The position numbers were made by a program, and so were the translations under genes. Below are positions 53,832-63,419 of a stretch of DNA of 64,000 nucleotides, one piece after another (position 1 is the first letter of the stretch; each line of letters opens with the position of its first letter). The DNA is taken from the NCBI GenBank assembly GCA_963756875.1, contig CAVWPA010000003.1, positions 1,312,001 through 1,376,000 on the forward strand, given 5' to 3'. The notes beneath the pieces are model-generated. The model saw only the letters and a list, made by a program, of their open reading frames with translations. It had not been told where the DNA came from and ran no database searches. Origin of the DNA: an uncultured Verrucomicrobiae bacterium. Lineage in GTDB: Bacteria; Verrucomicrobiota; Verrucomicrobiia; Chthoniobacterales; UBA10450.

Positions 53832-54275
53832 ATGAAAATCATCCAAAGAATTGGGATTCTGTCTGTTGCCTTCTGCCTAACGGTTGCGTTGGCCCAGGCG
53901 GCAGGAAGGCCGATGCGGCCGGACGCAACTCTCCAGCTTCGCAGCGGCGCGGTCGCCGCCGGCATCGGTATCAGCTGGGGCAAGGGTATCCTTACCTATA
54001 AAGGCAGGGAGTATCCCGTCTCCGTCAGCGGCTTATCGTTAGGCAAGGTCGGGATCACCAGGGTCACGGCTTCAGGCGACGTTTATAACCTGAAGAGGCT
54101 TCGGGATTTTTCAGGCAATTACACCTCAGCCAACGCCGATATCACCCTGGCTGGCGGTCACTCGGCCGTCGTCATGAGGAATCAGAACGGTGTGCAGGTG
54201 GTCGTGCGCGCGACGTCGAGGGGTGTTGATCTGACGATCGGTACCTCAGGGGTCGACATGAAGCTCAAGAGATAG
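53832..54275 (+). CDS. secreted DUF1134/EipA-like protein
   Basis: Signal peptide; GIGISWGKGILTYKG, GDVYNL...DFSGNY, MRNQNGV. Confidence 0.75.
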   Translation: MKIIQRIGILSVAFCLTVALAQAAGRPMRPDATLQLRSGAVAAGIGISWGKGILTYKGREYPVSVSGLSLGKVGITRVTASGDVYNLKRLRDFSGNYTSANADITLAGGHSAVVMRNQNGVQVVVRATSRGVDLTIGTSGVDMKLKR

Positions 54276-54290
54276 CGAATCGAAAGGGGC

Positions 54291-54318
54291 GGCCGCCTCG
54301 TGACGAGGCGGCTTCCTT
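54291..54318 (+). terminator. hairpin after the DUF1134-like gene
   Basis: GCCGCCTCGT-g-ACGAGGCGGC followed by TTCCTT. Confidence 0.5.
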
Positions 54319-54431
54319 CGGCAGCGGCCTGTTTTTGGCCGACTGGGGCCGGGCCGGATTTTGTTTCCTGCGGAAAGCGTCGGGGAAACCAATGGGGGTA
54401 AAAAGAGTGAAAAAAGTGTTTGCCTTCGGCG

Positions 54432-54457
54432 TAGTGTTGTAGTTAAGTAATACACTA
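54432..54457. promoter_or_regulatory. YtrA/GntR operator-like palindrome
   Basis: TAGTGTtgTAgttaagTAatACACTA upstream of the GntR-ABC operon. Confidence 0.7.
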
Positions 54458-54531
54458 TATGAGACCGGAGGACGGAAAAACAGACGGCAACAGGACGCCG
54501 TCCCTGCGGCTGAGGTGGGCCAGGACACAGA

Positions 54532-54918
54532 ATGGATAATGAATGGAACGATAGTCAGCCGATTTATCGACAACTGCGGGATCGTGTCGTCGCTATGATT
54601 CTCGACGGCATTCTCAATGAAGGCGATCCGCTGCCGTCGGTGCGCAATGTCGCGGCCGAGTATCGGGTCAATCCGCTGACCGTTCTCAAGGGGTATCAGC
54701 AACTGGTCGATGAGCGGCTCGTCGAGACGCGGCGAGGTCTCGGCATGTTCGTCAATGCCGGCGCGCGCGATCGACTGCTAAAGGGCGAACGCGGAAAATT
54801 TCTGGCCGAAGAGTGGCCGCGGGTGGCCGCTACAATTCAGCGGCTCGGGTTGACACAGAAAGAACTCGAAAACGCCGCAAATCGGCGGGTGGCCAAATCT
54901 GGAAAGGAAAAGAGATGA
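54532..54918 (+). CDS. GntR (YtrA subfamily) regulator
   Basis: PIYRQL, LPSVR, VNPLTV.K.YQ.L, RRGLGMFV. Confidence 0.93.
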   Translation: MDNEWNDSQPIYRQLRDRVVAMILDGILNEGDPLPSVRNVAAEYRVNPLTVLKGYQQLVDERLVETRRGLGMFVNAGARDRLLKGERGKFLAEEWPRVAATIQRLGLTQKELENAANRRVAKSGKEKR

Positions 54919-54948
54919 CGCAGATGAGTTCCAGCCGAACGGCCGAAA

Positions 54949-55018
54949 TTGTAGGGCAAGCAGTCGCCGCGGCGACCTTGCCCGTTTGGAGGCGGCAGGC
55001 GGAGCGCCCGCCCTACAA
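54949..55018. repeat. REP-like doublet TTGTAGGGC...GCCCTACAA with a nested hairpin
   Basis: Terminal inverted repeats with the GTAG motif; inner GGGCAAG..GTCGCCGCGGCGAC..CTTGCCC. Confidence 0.7.
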
Positions 55019-55057
55019 TCAAGAATGGCAAGCGAGCCGAGGAGGAGCGTTAAAACC

Positions 55058-55987
55058 ATGGCAACGATAGAAGCACGCGGGCTCCGCAAAACGTTCGGAA
55101 CGACGGTCGCGCTGGACGGCGTCGATTTGCGCGTGGAAGAGGGCCGCATTCTTGGAATCATCGGGCCGAATGGCGCCGGCAAGACGACCGCGCTCAACGC
55201 GGTTCTCGGCCTCACGTCATATGAGGGGACATTATCGGTGCTGGGACGCGATCCGTGGAGCGCGCGCGAGGTTCTCATGCGCGATGTCTCGTTCATTGCC
55301 GATGTCGCAGTGTTGCCGCGCTGGATCCGGGTTACGCAATTGCTCGATTACGTCGCCGGTGTGCATCCGCGATTCGATCGCGCGAAAGCGGAGGGTTTTT
55401 TGGCCAGGACCGCGATCAAGCGCACCAGCAAGGTCAGGCAGTTATCGAAAGGCATGGTGGCCCAGCTGCATCTCGCCGTGGTCATGGCGATCGATGCGAA
55501 ATTACTGGTCCTGGACGAGCCGACACTTGGGTTGGACATCCTGTTTCGCAAGCAGTTCTACGATTCGTTGTTGAACGATTATTTCGACAAGACCCGCACC
55601 ATCGTGGTGACGACGCATCAGGTGGAAGAGATCCAGGATGTGCTGACCGATCTTATGTTCATCGACCTCGGCCGGATTGTGCTCGAGTGCAGCATGGAAG
55701 AGTTCGATGCGCGCTATGTCGAAGTAATGGTGCACCCGGACCATGTGACCGGAGCGCGGTCGCTCAAGCCGATGCATGAACGCCAGGTGTTCGGGCGCAG
55801 TGTGATGCTGTTCGAGAATGTCGATCGTGGCCAGCTCGCCGCGCTTGGCGAAGTGCGGAGGCCGAGCATTGCGGACTTGTTCGTCGCGGTGATGGGCAGG
55901 GGCGGCGGTGCCGTCCCAGAAGTCGGAAGTCGGACATCGGAGATCAAGCATCCGGAATCCAGGATCAAGGATCACGTAAATGAATAG
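55058..55987 (+). CDS. ABC transporter ATP-binding protein
   Basis: GPNGAGKTT, LSKGM, LVLDEPT, TTH. Confidence 0.95.
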   Translation: MATIEARGLRKTFGTTVALDGVDLRVEEGRILGIIGPNGAGKTTALNAVLGLTSYEGTLSVLGRDPWSAREVLMRDVSFIADVAVLPRWIRVTQLLDYVAGVHPRFDRAKAEGFLARTAIKRTSKVRQLSKGMVAQLHLAVVMAIDAKLLVLDEPTLGLDILFRKQFYDSLLNDYFDKTRTIVVTTHQVEEIQDVLTDLMFIDLGRIVLECSMEEFDARYVEVMVHPDHVTGARSLKPMHERQVFGRSVMLFENVDRGQLAALGEVRRPSIADLFVAVMGRGGGAVPEVGSRTSEIKHPESRIKDHVNE

Positions 55988-56909
55988 TCTATCGAACACA
56001 GTTGAGGCGACGCCCGGAGCAGGGCCGGGGTCAGCGACCCCGGCGACAACAAAGCCGTTCTACTGGTCGGTGTGGCGGGAGCTATGGGAGAACCGCTCTA
56101 TATATATAGCGCCGCTAATCGTGGCTGCCGTCCAGGTGTTCGGTTTCGCGATAAGCACGATTGGCCTGGCGGATCGCAGACGCGCGGTGTTGCTCCTTGA
56201 CCCGGCAAAACAGCGAGCCGTCATCGAGCAGCCATACGATTTGGCAGCGATGATGATGCTCTTCACGGTGTTCGTCGTCGGCATTTTCTACTGTCTGGAT
56301 GCATTGCACGGCGAACGTCGGGATCGCAGCGTGCTGTTCTGGAAATCGCTGCCGGTCTCGGATCTCACCACGGTACTCTCCAAGGTCACGATCCCGCTGG
56401 TCGTTCTGCCGTTGATCGCCTTTGCGATGGTGGTGTGCGTGCACGTGATCATGCTGTTCGAAACCGGCGTGGTCCTCGTCGTCCACGGTATGAGCCCTGC
56501 CACCACCTGGGCCCATTTTCCCGTGATCGAAAACTGGGTGGTCCTGCTCTACGGACTGGTCGTGCTCGCGCTCTGGCACGCGCCGATCTACGGCTGGTTG
56601 TTGCTGATCTCTGGCTGGGTGCGGCGAGCAACCTTTCTCTGGGCGGTGTTGCCGTTCATCGCGCTCCAAATCTTCGAGAAGATCACCTTTGGCACGAGCT
56701 ATGTCGGGAAGATGCTGACCCATCGGTTGGTAGGATTCGCGCCGCACGCGTTCGGCTTTCACGGCGGGGGCCACCCCACGATCGATTCGCTATCACAACT
56801 CACCGTCGGGCGATACCTGAGCAGTCCGGGTCTTTGGATTGGGCTCATCGTCGCCGCGGCATTCATCGCCGCCGCTGTTCGGTTGCGCCGTTATCGAGGT
56901 CCGCTCTAA
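55980..56909 (+). CDS. ABC-2 type permease
   Basis: RELWENR, LHGERRDRSVLFWKSLPVSD, several TM helices. Confidence 0.9.
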   Translation: MNSLSNTVEATPGAGPGSATPATTKPFYWSVWRELWENRSIYIAPLIVAAVQVFGFAISTIGLADRRRAVLLLDPAKQRAVIEQPYDLAAMMMLFTVFVVGIFYCLDALHGERRDRSVLFWKSLPVSDLTTVLSKVTIPLVVLPLIAFAMVVCVHVIMLFETGVVLVVHGMSPATTWAHFPVIENWVVLLYGLVVLALWHAPIYGWLLLISGWVRRATFLWAVLPFIALQIFEKITFGTSYVGKMLTHRLVGFAPHAFGFHGGGHPTIDSLSQLTVGRYLSSPGLWIGLIVAAAFIAAAVRLRRYRGPL

Positions 56910-56948
56910 TCGATTTAGAAAATCCGAAATCCTGAAAATCTGAAACAT

Positions 56949-57668
56949 ATGCATCCCACTGACAAGGCAGCGCGCGTTGCCGGCTTCGTATATCTATCAA
57001 TGGTCCTGACCGGCCCGTTAAGCCTGATCTACATTCCGGGCAAGCTGATCGTTCGCGGAAATGCGACCGCCACGGCAACGAACATTCTAAGCCACGAAAG
57101 CATGTTTCGGCTATGGATTATCGGCGACCTTTGGACGTCGGTAATTTTCATTTGCCTGGGCATCTCGCTTTACCATTTGCTAAGCAGCGTAAGCAGGCCC
57201 TGGGCGCTGCTGATGCTCAGCTTGGTCCTCGTTTCCGCTACTGTCGGTTTTCTGGATACGCTGAACAATATTGCCGCCGGTCTTCTGTTTCGGGGCGCGG
57301 ACTTCTTGAGCGTTATCGATAAGGCGCAACGCGACGCGCTGGGCATGCTCTTTATCCGATTGCACAGCCAGGGAACGTTTATCAATGAACTCTTTTGGGG
57401 CCTCTGGCTATTTCCATTCGGTCTGCTCGTCTTTCGCTCAGGATTTCTGCCGCGGTTCATCGGTGTCTGGTTGATGATCAATTGCGGCGCTTATCTCGTC
57501 CTGAGCCCGACCGCCTTATTTGCGCCGGCCTATTATGGGACTGCGTTTCGCTACGCGACGCCGATCCTGTTCGGTGAAATGGCGATCATGCTCTGGCTTT
57601 TGATCAAGGGCGCGAAGGTGCCGTTGCAAAGCAAACGCCCAACGCTCAATGCACAAGCCTCGGTTTGA
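56949..57668 (+). CDS. DUF4386 membrane protein
   Basis: ARVAGFVYL, ATATNIL, FWGLWLFPFGLLVFRSGFLPR, GE...LWLLIKG. Confidence 0.88.
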   Translation: MHPTDKAARVAGFVYLSMVLTGPLSLIYIPGKLIVRGNATATATNILSHESMFRLWIIGDLWTSVIFICLGISLYHLLSSVSRPWALLMLSLVLVSATVGFLDTLNNIAAGLLFRGADFLSVIDKAQRDALGMLFIRLHSQGTFINELFWGLWLFPFGLLVFRSGFLPRFIGVWLMINCGAYLVLSPTALFAPAYYGTAFRYATPILFGEMAIMLWLLIKGAKVPLQSKRPTLNAQASV

Positions 57669-57748
57669 AATTTCGATGTTTAGCGTTCGTTGTTCGACCT
57701 TGAATGTTTTCCTTTTTGCCTCGTTAGGTTATAGAGTCCTTGTTCATT

Positions 57749-59410
57749 ATGAAAATACACCCACAAACCCTGATCACTGCATTTTGCATGGCTGCGTTTT
57801 TGTTCGGCGAAGCAGCGCTGGCCCAGGAAACGAGTCCGGAGTCATCGACCCCGGCTATAACTGGATCGCCAGCCCCGGCCGTAACAGAGTCACCGACCCC
57901 GGCTACAGCAGAGTCGCCCGGGGCTACGAAGCTGGGGCAGGGAATGGGACCGGGGTCATCGACCTCGGTTACAGCTACGACCGGTGGGCGAATGAAAGCG
58001 ATTGTTTATCATAACTTTGGTTCGCCTGATGTCCTTCGGCTTGAAGAGGTCCCAAAGCCCGTTCCGAACGACGATCAAGTCCTGGTGAAAGTTCGCGCGG
58101 CTGCCATCAATCCGCTCGACTGGCATTTCATGGAAGGCTCGCCGTACATCGCACGCCTGTTAGGGTTTGGATTGCTCAAGCCAAAGGAGACACGACTCGG
58201 CGTTGATTACGCTGGGACCGTTGAAGCAGTCGGCAAAAATGTAACGCGGTTCAAACCGGGCGACGATGTGTTCGGCGGGAGAGACGGAGCCCTGGCCGAG
58301 TACGTGTGTGCTCTTGCTGATAAGGGAATCGTGCTGAAACCGGCCAGCGTAACGTTTGAGCAGGCGGCTTCCGTGCCTATCGCGGGAGTCACCGCACTGC
58401 AGGGTCTTCGCGACAAGGGACGCGTCAAGCCAGGAGACAAAGTTCTCATCAACGGTGCGTCCGGAGGCGTGGGAACGTTTGCGGTGCAGATCGCCAAGTC
58501 GTTCGACGCGGATGTAACCGGCGTGTGCAGCACGCGGCATCTGGACCTGGTGCGATCACTCGGCGCGGATCGCGTGATTGATTACACGAAAGAAGATTTC
58601 ACCAAAAGCGGGCAGCGTTACGACGTGATTATCGACAATGTTGGGAACCGTTCGTTGCTGGAATACAGACGCGTCTTAAAGCCCAACGGCAGATACGTCT
58701 TGATCGGAGGTGGAGGAGTTAACGACGGGCGATGGATCGGGCCGTTGGCTAATCCAATCAAGATGCTCGTCTTAGCACCGTTCGTGAGCCAGCAGATGGG
58801 CATGATGATGGCGGTAATCGACAAGAAGGACCTTGCGATTCTCGGCGATCTCATGCAGAGCGGAAAAGTGACGCCGGTCATCGACAAGACTTATCCGTTG
58901 AGTCAGACCGCTGAAGCGATGCGATATCTGGAGAAAGGCCACGCTTCAGGAAAAGTGATCATCACGATGTCAGAGACAAACGCACCTTCGCCGGTGAGCA
59001 CCGAACTCGCAGCGAGCTCCGCGAACACGACTGCGCCCGGTCTCGTTGCCTTTGTTCTCATCGGCGTCATTCTTGGTGTGACCATTGTGCCGATTATCAT
59101 CGCGTTCGTTCTCAATCGGCGCTTTCGGCAGCGTAATCCCGGAAATAGGGGGTACCGATGGGGTTACTATTTTAGTATTATGTCGTTTATCGGCGGAATT
59201 GTCCTTGGCAACTTCCTTGGATATGGCGTCGGGGCAGTGATCGTCTGTGGCGTCATTTACGCAATCCCGGCATGGTTCTTCGCGCAGCGTCACCACTGGG
59301 CCTGGATCGCGCTCACGATTTTGAGCTTCAACCCGGCCGCGTGGATTATTAATTCCATTTACCTTTGGAAGCGGTGGGGGGAGAAACCGGTGGCTACGGC
59401 AACGGCCTAA
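57749..59410 (+). CDS. NAD(P)-dependent MDR oxidoreductase with N-terminal signal/linker and C-terminal membrane domain
   Basis: Core MKAIVY..FGSPDVL, NPLDW, GVDYAG, INGASGGVG, GKVII with extensions at both ends. Confidence 0.88.
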   Translation: MKIHPQTLITAFCMAAFLFGEAALAQETSPESSTPAITGSPAPAVTESPTPATAESPGATKLGQGMGPGSSTSVTATTGGRMKAIVYHNFGSPDVLRLEEVPKPVPNDDQVLVKVRAAAINPLDWHFMEGSPYIARLLGFGLLKPKETRLGVDYAGTVEAVGKNVTRFKPGDDVFGGRDGALAEYVCALADKGIVLKPASVTFEQAASVPIAGVTALQGLRDKGRVKPGDKVLINGASGGVGTFAVQIAKSFDADVTGVCSTRHLDLVRSLGADRVIDYTKEDFTKSGQRYDVIIDNVGNRSLLEYRRVLKPNGRYVLIGGGGVNDGRWIGPLANPIKMLVLAPFVSQQMGMMMAVIDKKDLAILGDLMQSGKVTPVIDKTYPLSQTAEAMRYLEKGHASGKVIITMSETNAPSPVSTELAASSANTTAPGLVAFVLIGVILGVTIVPIIIAFVLNRRFRQRNPGNRGYRWGYYFSIMSFIGGIVLGNFLGYGVGAVIVCGVIYAIPAWFFAQRHHWAWIALTILSFNPAAWIINSIYLWKRWGEKPVATATA

Positions 59411-59631
59411 CCGAAGGACTTGCAGAAAACGTCCAGCGCTCAACGCCGAACGTTCGACGTCGAATGCAGAAAGCCGGTTCGCTCGATCTCTTCGAGAAGT
59501 TTTTGTCGCCGCAGCGGCGTTGCTCGTCGGTCAAAGATCCATGAAGGATATTCTTCCTCCTCGCGCCTTGCTGCCGCACCAAATCTCCAGCAACGCACCC
59601 GTTCCCTATTTATGAGATGGGTTATAGTGAA

Positions 59632-59669
59632 AAAGAAAAAGGGACACGCGATGCATGTCCCTTCTCTTT
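59632..59669 (-). terminator. intrinsic terminator
   Basis: AAAGAAAAAGGGACA-cgcgatgca-TGTCCCTTCTCTTT just past the lipoprotein stop. Confidence 0.65.
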
Positions 59670-59685
59670 GTTAAACTCGAGATGC

Positions 59686-59841
59686 CTAGTTGTGAGTGGT
59701 GGAGTGTGTCGTAGTCGTGCTGCTTGTTGGTGTCTCCGTCGTTGTCGACGTGCTCGTCGTAGGCTTTTCTGACGCACACGAGCTCAGCCACATTATGGCT
59801 GAAAGCAGGAGCAGTGAAGTAACGATGATAGGTCTTTTCAT
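59686..59841 (-). CDS. small Thr/Ser-rich lipoprotein
   Basis: Hand translation MKRPIIVTSLLLLSAIMWLSSCASEKPTTSTSTTTETPTSSTTTTHSTTHN, lipobox LSSC. Confidence 0.75.
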   Translation of the reverse strand: MKRPIIVTSLLLLSAIMWLSSCASEKPTTSTSTTTETPTSSTTTTHSTTHN

Positions 59842-59854
59842 GGTTCGTGAGGTC

Positions 59855-60229
59855 TTAATCGCGAGGTTCGGTCACGATCACTTTATCGACCACCATGTTG
59901 TCGCCTTCTCTTAAGTAGTGAACGCGCACGTTCGAATCTTTCCTGATTGACGAGGCTTCGATTACGCGTCCATCTGACGTCACATAGGTGACCGTTTTGC
60001 CGAACGTGTAGTGCAGCGGCTCAGTTGCTTCCGTTTTTAGAATCAGGGTTCGCCCCGGACTGTATTCCGTGACGATGCCTGCATTCTCGGTTGTTGTGGT
60101 TGTTGTGTTTGTGTCAGTCCTTCCATGTTTGTCCGTTGAAGTGGTGGACGAAGACGTGGTGGTTTGCCCGAACGCCATTGCACCCATAAGGGCGGTGGCG
60201 AACGTGACACTAAGGATTGCTTTAATCAT
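59855..60229 (-). CDS. secreted Thr-rich hypothetical protein (small beta domain)
   Basis: Signal peptide MIKAILSVTFATALMGAMAFG; GIVTEYSPG...VRVHY...VVDKVIV. Confidence 0.8.
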   Translation of the reverse strand: MIKAILSVTFATALMGAMAFGQTTTSSSTTSTDKHGRTDTNTTTTTTENAGIVTEYSPGRTLILKTEATEPLHYTFGKTVTYVTSDGRVIEASSIRKDSNVRVHYLREGDNMVVDKVIVTEPRD

Positions 60230-60732
60230 AAGACTTAACTTTCTAACTACTAAGTTGCTGCAGTGATCGCAGCTAAAGGCCATCTGGTTCGTACTTCCGA
60301 TGTAAATCGGCGGGCCAGGTAGGTAAATGGATGCGGCAGTAGCTGTAAATACGGCGTTTGCACCTATCCGCCAATACTTCGTAAGCTAGGCGTGATACTT
60401 CTTAAGCATGAAGGCAGGCGTATCTGGTCGATGCAAATCGGGGCTACGTCACAGATCAGCGTGAAGATCCGGATTGGTGACTGGCCCCATTCTGGCAAAC
60501 TCATGGCAGGCATCTGCCGCCGCCGATGATGCGATTGACAAGTCGCCCAACTGGGTCTATAGAGAGGTCCATTCGCCGCGGCGAATGGTCGTCAGATCCG
60601 CGCGTCCCCCCGAAGGTTAGCGCGCCGGGGCTGTTCCGAAACCGAACTAAAAGCTGCTTCCTGCGGCCTTCGGCGTCGAGAATGGCGTGCTCCGCCCGAA
60701 AATCAGCAACATCGGAGCAATACTGGAACATC

Positions 60733-61149
60733 ATGAAACTATTTTGCACAGTCATACTTTTATTGTCGTTGGGTCTCTCCGCGTTCGCGCGCGGGGAGTC
60801 GGTCCTTGCCCGCGTGACCAGTTACTGGGCGAGCGAGGGCTCTAAATTTGCCAGTACCGGGCGACGATTACGCCCAGGGCACTGCGCAGTCGATCCGAAA
60901 CGAATTCCGTACGGCAGTAAAGTTATTTTTCCCGACGCAGTCTGTACCGCGGTCGACACGGGAACGGCAGTCGTTAGTCGCAAAGCTGCTCGTCTGTGCG
61001 GACGAACTGCGAGTCAGCTCAAGGCAATCGTGGTCGATCGATTTTTTGAGACGAAACGAGAAGCGGACGCTTGGTCAAATGCGCATCCGGAATTCATGAT
61101 ACTTCGAGTTGTTCCACCCGGATCTCGCGTGGAATCGACCGATCCGTAG
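60733..61149 (+). CDS. 3D-domain-like secreted protein
   Basis: ARVTSYW, CAVDPKRIPYGSKV, AVDTGTAV, VVDRFF. Confidence 0.8.
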   Translation: MKLFCTVILLLSLGLSAFARGESVLARVTSYWASEGSKFASTGRRLRPGHCAVDPKRIPYGSKVIFPDAVCTAVDTGTAVVSRKAARLCGRTASQLKAIVVDRFFETKREADAWSNAHPEFMILRVVPPGSRVESTDP

Positions 61150-62096
61150 TCGACTACGGACGAATCTAATGACGATAGATGACGTTGAGGTCTGGTTTCT
61201 CGCTCCGCTAGGAGAATTTTCTCTGCCGGGACGCGGCGCAGATTTCTGACAAGCCCAAACTTAGAAAGTGTCCAGATAATCCACTTGGTTGGATCGAACT
61301 GCCATGGCTTCACGCCGTTGCGGTAGTCATGCTGAAACTCGTGGTGATAATTATGATAGCCTTCCCCCATGGTGAATAGAGCAAGGAAGAGCGAGTCGCG
61401 CGCAGTGCATTTCCTGGAATAGGGTTGCCGCCCGATGGTGTGACATGCGCTGTTAATCAGAAACGTGCAGTGTTGTAGAAAAACGATGCGCGCGACGCCG
61501 GCGATCAAGAACCCACCGAGTGCTCCCTGCCATCCATTCCATAGAAAGCCGAGTATAGCCGGGATGCCAAAGCTGACCAAAACCGCGATCCACTGCACAT
61601 ATCGATCTTGCCAGCAGACGAGCTTGTCCTTCTGAAGGTCGGCCACGTTGTCGTATGGCTGATCGTTTTTTAGCTTAAAAAGCAGCCAGCCGATGTGCGC
61701 GTAAAAGAAGCCTTTGGAGATGCAATACGGATCATCGTCATGATCCACATGCTTATGATGGCGTCGATGTTCGCTCGCCCACATCAAAACTGAGTTTTCA
61801 AAAGCGCCCGCGCCAAAAATAAGTGTGAATAGCCGGACCGGCCAGCTTGCCTGGAAGGCGATGTGGGAGAAAAGCCGGTGATAACCCAGCGTGACGCTAA
61901 ATCCGCAGGCGGCAAGCATCGCAAAAAACAGCGCGACCTGAAACCAATCCAGCCCGAAAAACCAGAGGTAGAGCGGAACAGCGGTTAGGGTTAAGGCGAG
62001 TGTCCCGATAAGAAACGAACTGGTGATCCAGTTAATGCGTTCGAGAGGCAAACGCAGCACCATGCGCTTAGGCGGCCTCTGTGCGTTTTCTGCCAT
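61014..62096 (-). CDS. delta-9 acyl-CoA/acyl-lipid fatty acid desaturase
   Basis: Histidine boxes GYHRLFSH, HRRHH, GEGYHNYHH. The 3' end overlaps the convergent gene and may be shorter. Confidence 0.93.
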   Translation of the reverse strand: MAENAQRPPKRMVLRLPLERINWITSSFLIGTLALTLTAVPLYLWFFGLDWFQVALFFAMLAACGFSVTLGYHRLFSHIAFQASWPVRLFTLIFGAGAFENSVLMWASEHRRHHKHVDHDDDPYCISKGFFYAHIGWLLFKLKNDQPYDNVADLQKDKLVCWQDRYVQWIAVLVSFGIPAILGFLWNGWQGALGGFLIAGVARIVFLQHCTFLINSACHTIGRQPYSRKCTARDSLFLALFTMGEGYHNYHHEFQHDYRNGVKPWQFDPTKWIIWTLSKFGLVRNLRRVPAEKILLAERETRPQRHLSSLDSSVVDYGSVDSTRDPGGTTRSIMNSGCAFDQASASRFVSKNRSTTIALS

Positions 62097-62141
62097 TGTG
62101 GTTTTCCGGTGTCTTGCAAGTCCGGCAGCTAGCCAGTTTCT

Positions 62142-62404
62142 CTATCGAGCAGGAAGGTGAAGATGCAGTTCGCTCCGGAGAAATAGAACAAGAAGCGAGC
62201 CCAAGATGGAAAACATAATGCCAGCCGGATGAAACAGACTTCCTCCCATTGGGCGAATAAACAAATGGGTCACAAGTTGCCGACGAGCGAACCGACAAGG
62301 CCAAGGACTATCGTCCAAGCGAGCGGTAGACGCAGATGCATGGCCGACTTGGCCGCAAACCCCGCGATCAAACCAATAATTATGTACCAAACTAAATGTA
62401 ACAT
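62142..62404 (-). CDS. GlsB/YeaQ/YmgE (transglycosylase-associated) membrane protein, one frameshift
   Basis: MLHLVWYIIIGLIAGFAAK...TIVLGLVGSL joins HPAGIMFSILGSLLVLFL. Confidence 0.8.
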
Positions 62405-62578
62405 ATTTCCTTCCTTTTCATTCTTCGAACTGCCGAGGCTTCCAGGCGCAGGCTGTCGACTCGGATTACCTTGTTAGCGAGCATCCATTTTCCGTGCCTC
62501 CTGCGATAATGGTTGCCTGCGTCATGTTGCAGGGCATAGAGCGCGCCGTTTTGAGTGATGGTAGGTTCTGTCATAGGC

Positions 62579-63406
62579 TTACAATCTGTTGTTTTCCGAT
62601 TCGATGGAAGCTACGATGCTCGTCACTATCGCTGGCGGCGGATTGTTCTCGATGAGCAATCGATCCTGCCCCGTGAGATCGGCAAGCTCATTAAAGTAAC
62701 GAACGAGGCGCTGAAGGTTACTACGGATATGTTGGAATGCTGCGTCGTCGAACGCGGATGTCGTTTCTTGCAACGGCCTTACGCTGGCGAGTTTGTGTCC
62801 CAACTCGGTCAAACCGGGCATTGACGTAACTGCCGAGAACGGACGCCGCAAGTTTTGCGAGTGCGCGATGAGCCAGCCGTCTTTTGTGCCGTTAGCGAAT
62901 TCGAGCGCCGCCAGATGGTCGTGGGAACCGGTTCGCTTCTCGGCCCGGGCAGTGATGTCTCGGATATAGCATTGAATGACTTTGTCTGCTTCGACCCAGT
63001 AAACGTTACTCACGAATTCTACTTGGATCTGCTTGCCGTCTTTCCGCCGCAGCGGGAGGTTTTCATAACGAATATATTCGTTCTGTTTAAGTTTCTCGAA
63101 GGCCGAACGATTGGCAGCGATGTCTTTGAACTGCCCAATCTCCCAGAGCTTGCGGCCGCGGAGCTCTTCGAACGGGTAATCAAGCAGGTCGATCAGAAAT
63201 GGGTTTACGTCCATGATCTCTCCGGTTTCCGCATCGAGAATCAGGATTCCGTCCTGAGCGGTTTCAAACAAACGTCGATAGCGCAGTTCGGATATCCGTA
63301 GAGCATCTGTCCAATAATCTTCTCCGCTTTGCGCATGAGTTGGGTCAGTTGATCTTGCCTGTTTTTTTGGAGTACTTGTTTTCATAGGTCGAGGCGCCGC
63401 GGTCAT
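62579..63406 (-). CDS. PAS domain protein with a degenerate HisKA-like tail
   Basis: SELRYRRLFETAQDGILILD..TGEI.DVNPFL, VEFVSNVY, IRDIT; no HATPase domain. Confidence 0.8.
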   Translation of the reverse strand: MTAAPRPMKTSTPKKQARSTDPTHAQSGEDYWTDALRISELRYRRLFETAQDGILILDAETGEIMDVNPFLIDLLDYPFEELRGRKLWEIGQFKDIAANRSAFEKLKQNEYIRYENLPLRRKDGKQIQVEFVSNVYWVEADKVIQCYIRDITARAEKRTGSHDHLAALEFANGTKDGWLIAHSQNLRRPFSAVTSMPGLTELGHKLASVRPLQETTSAFDDAAFQHIRSNLQRLVRYFNELADLTGQDRLLIENNPPPAIVTSIVASIESENNRL

Positions 63407-63419
63407 CGAGATTTTCGTG

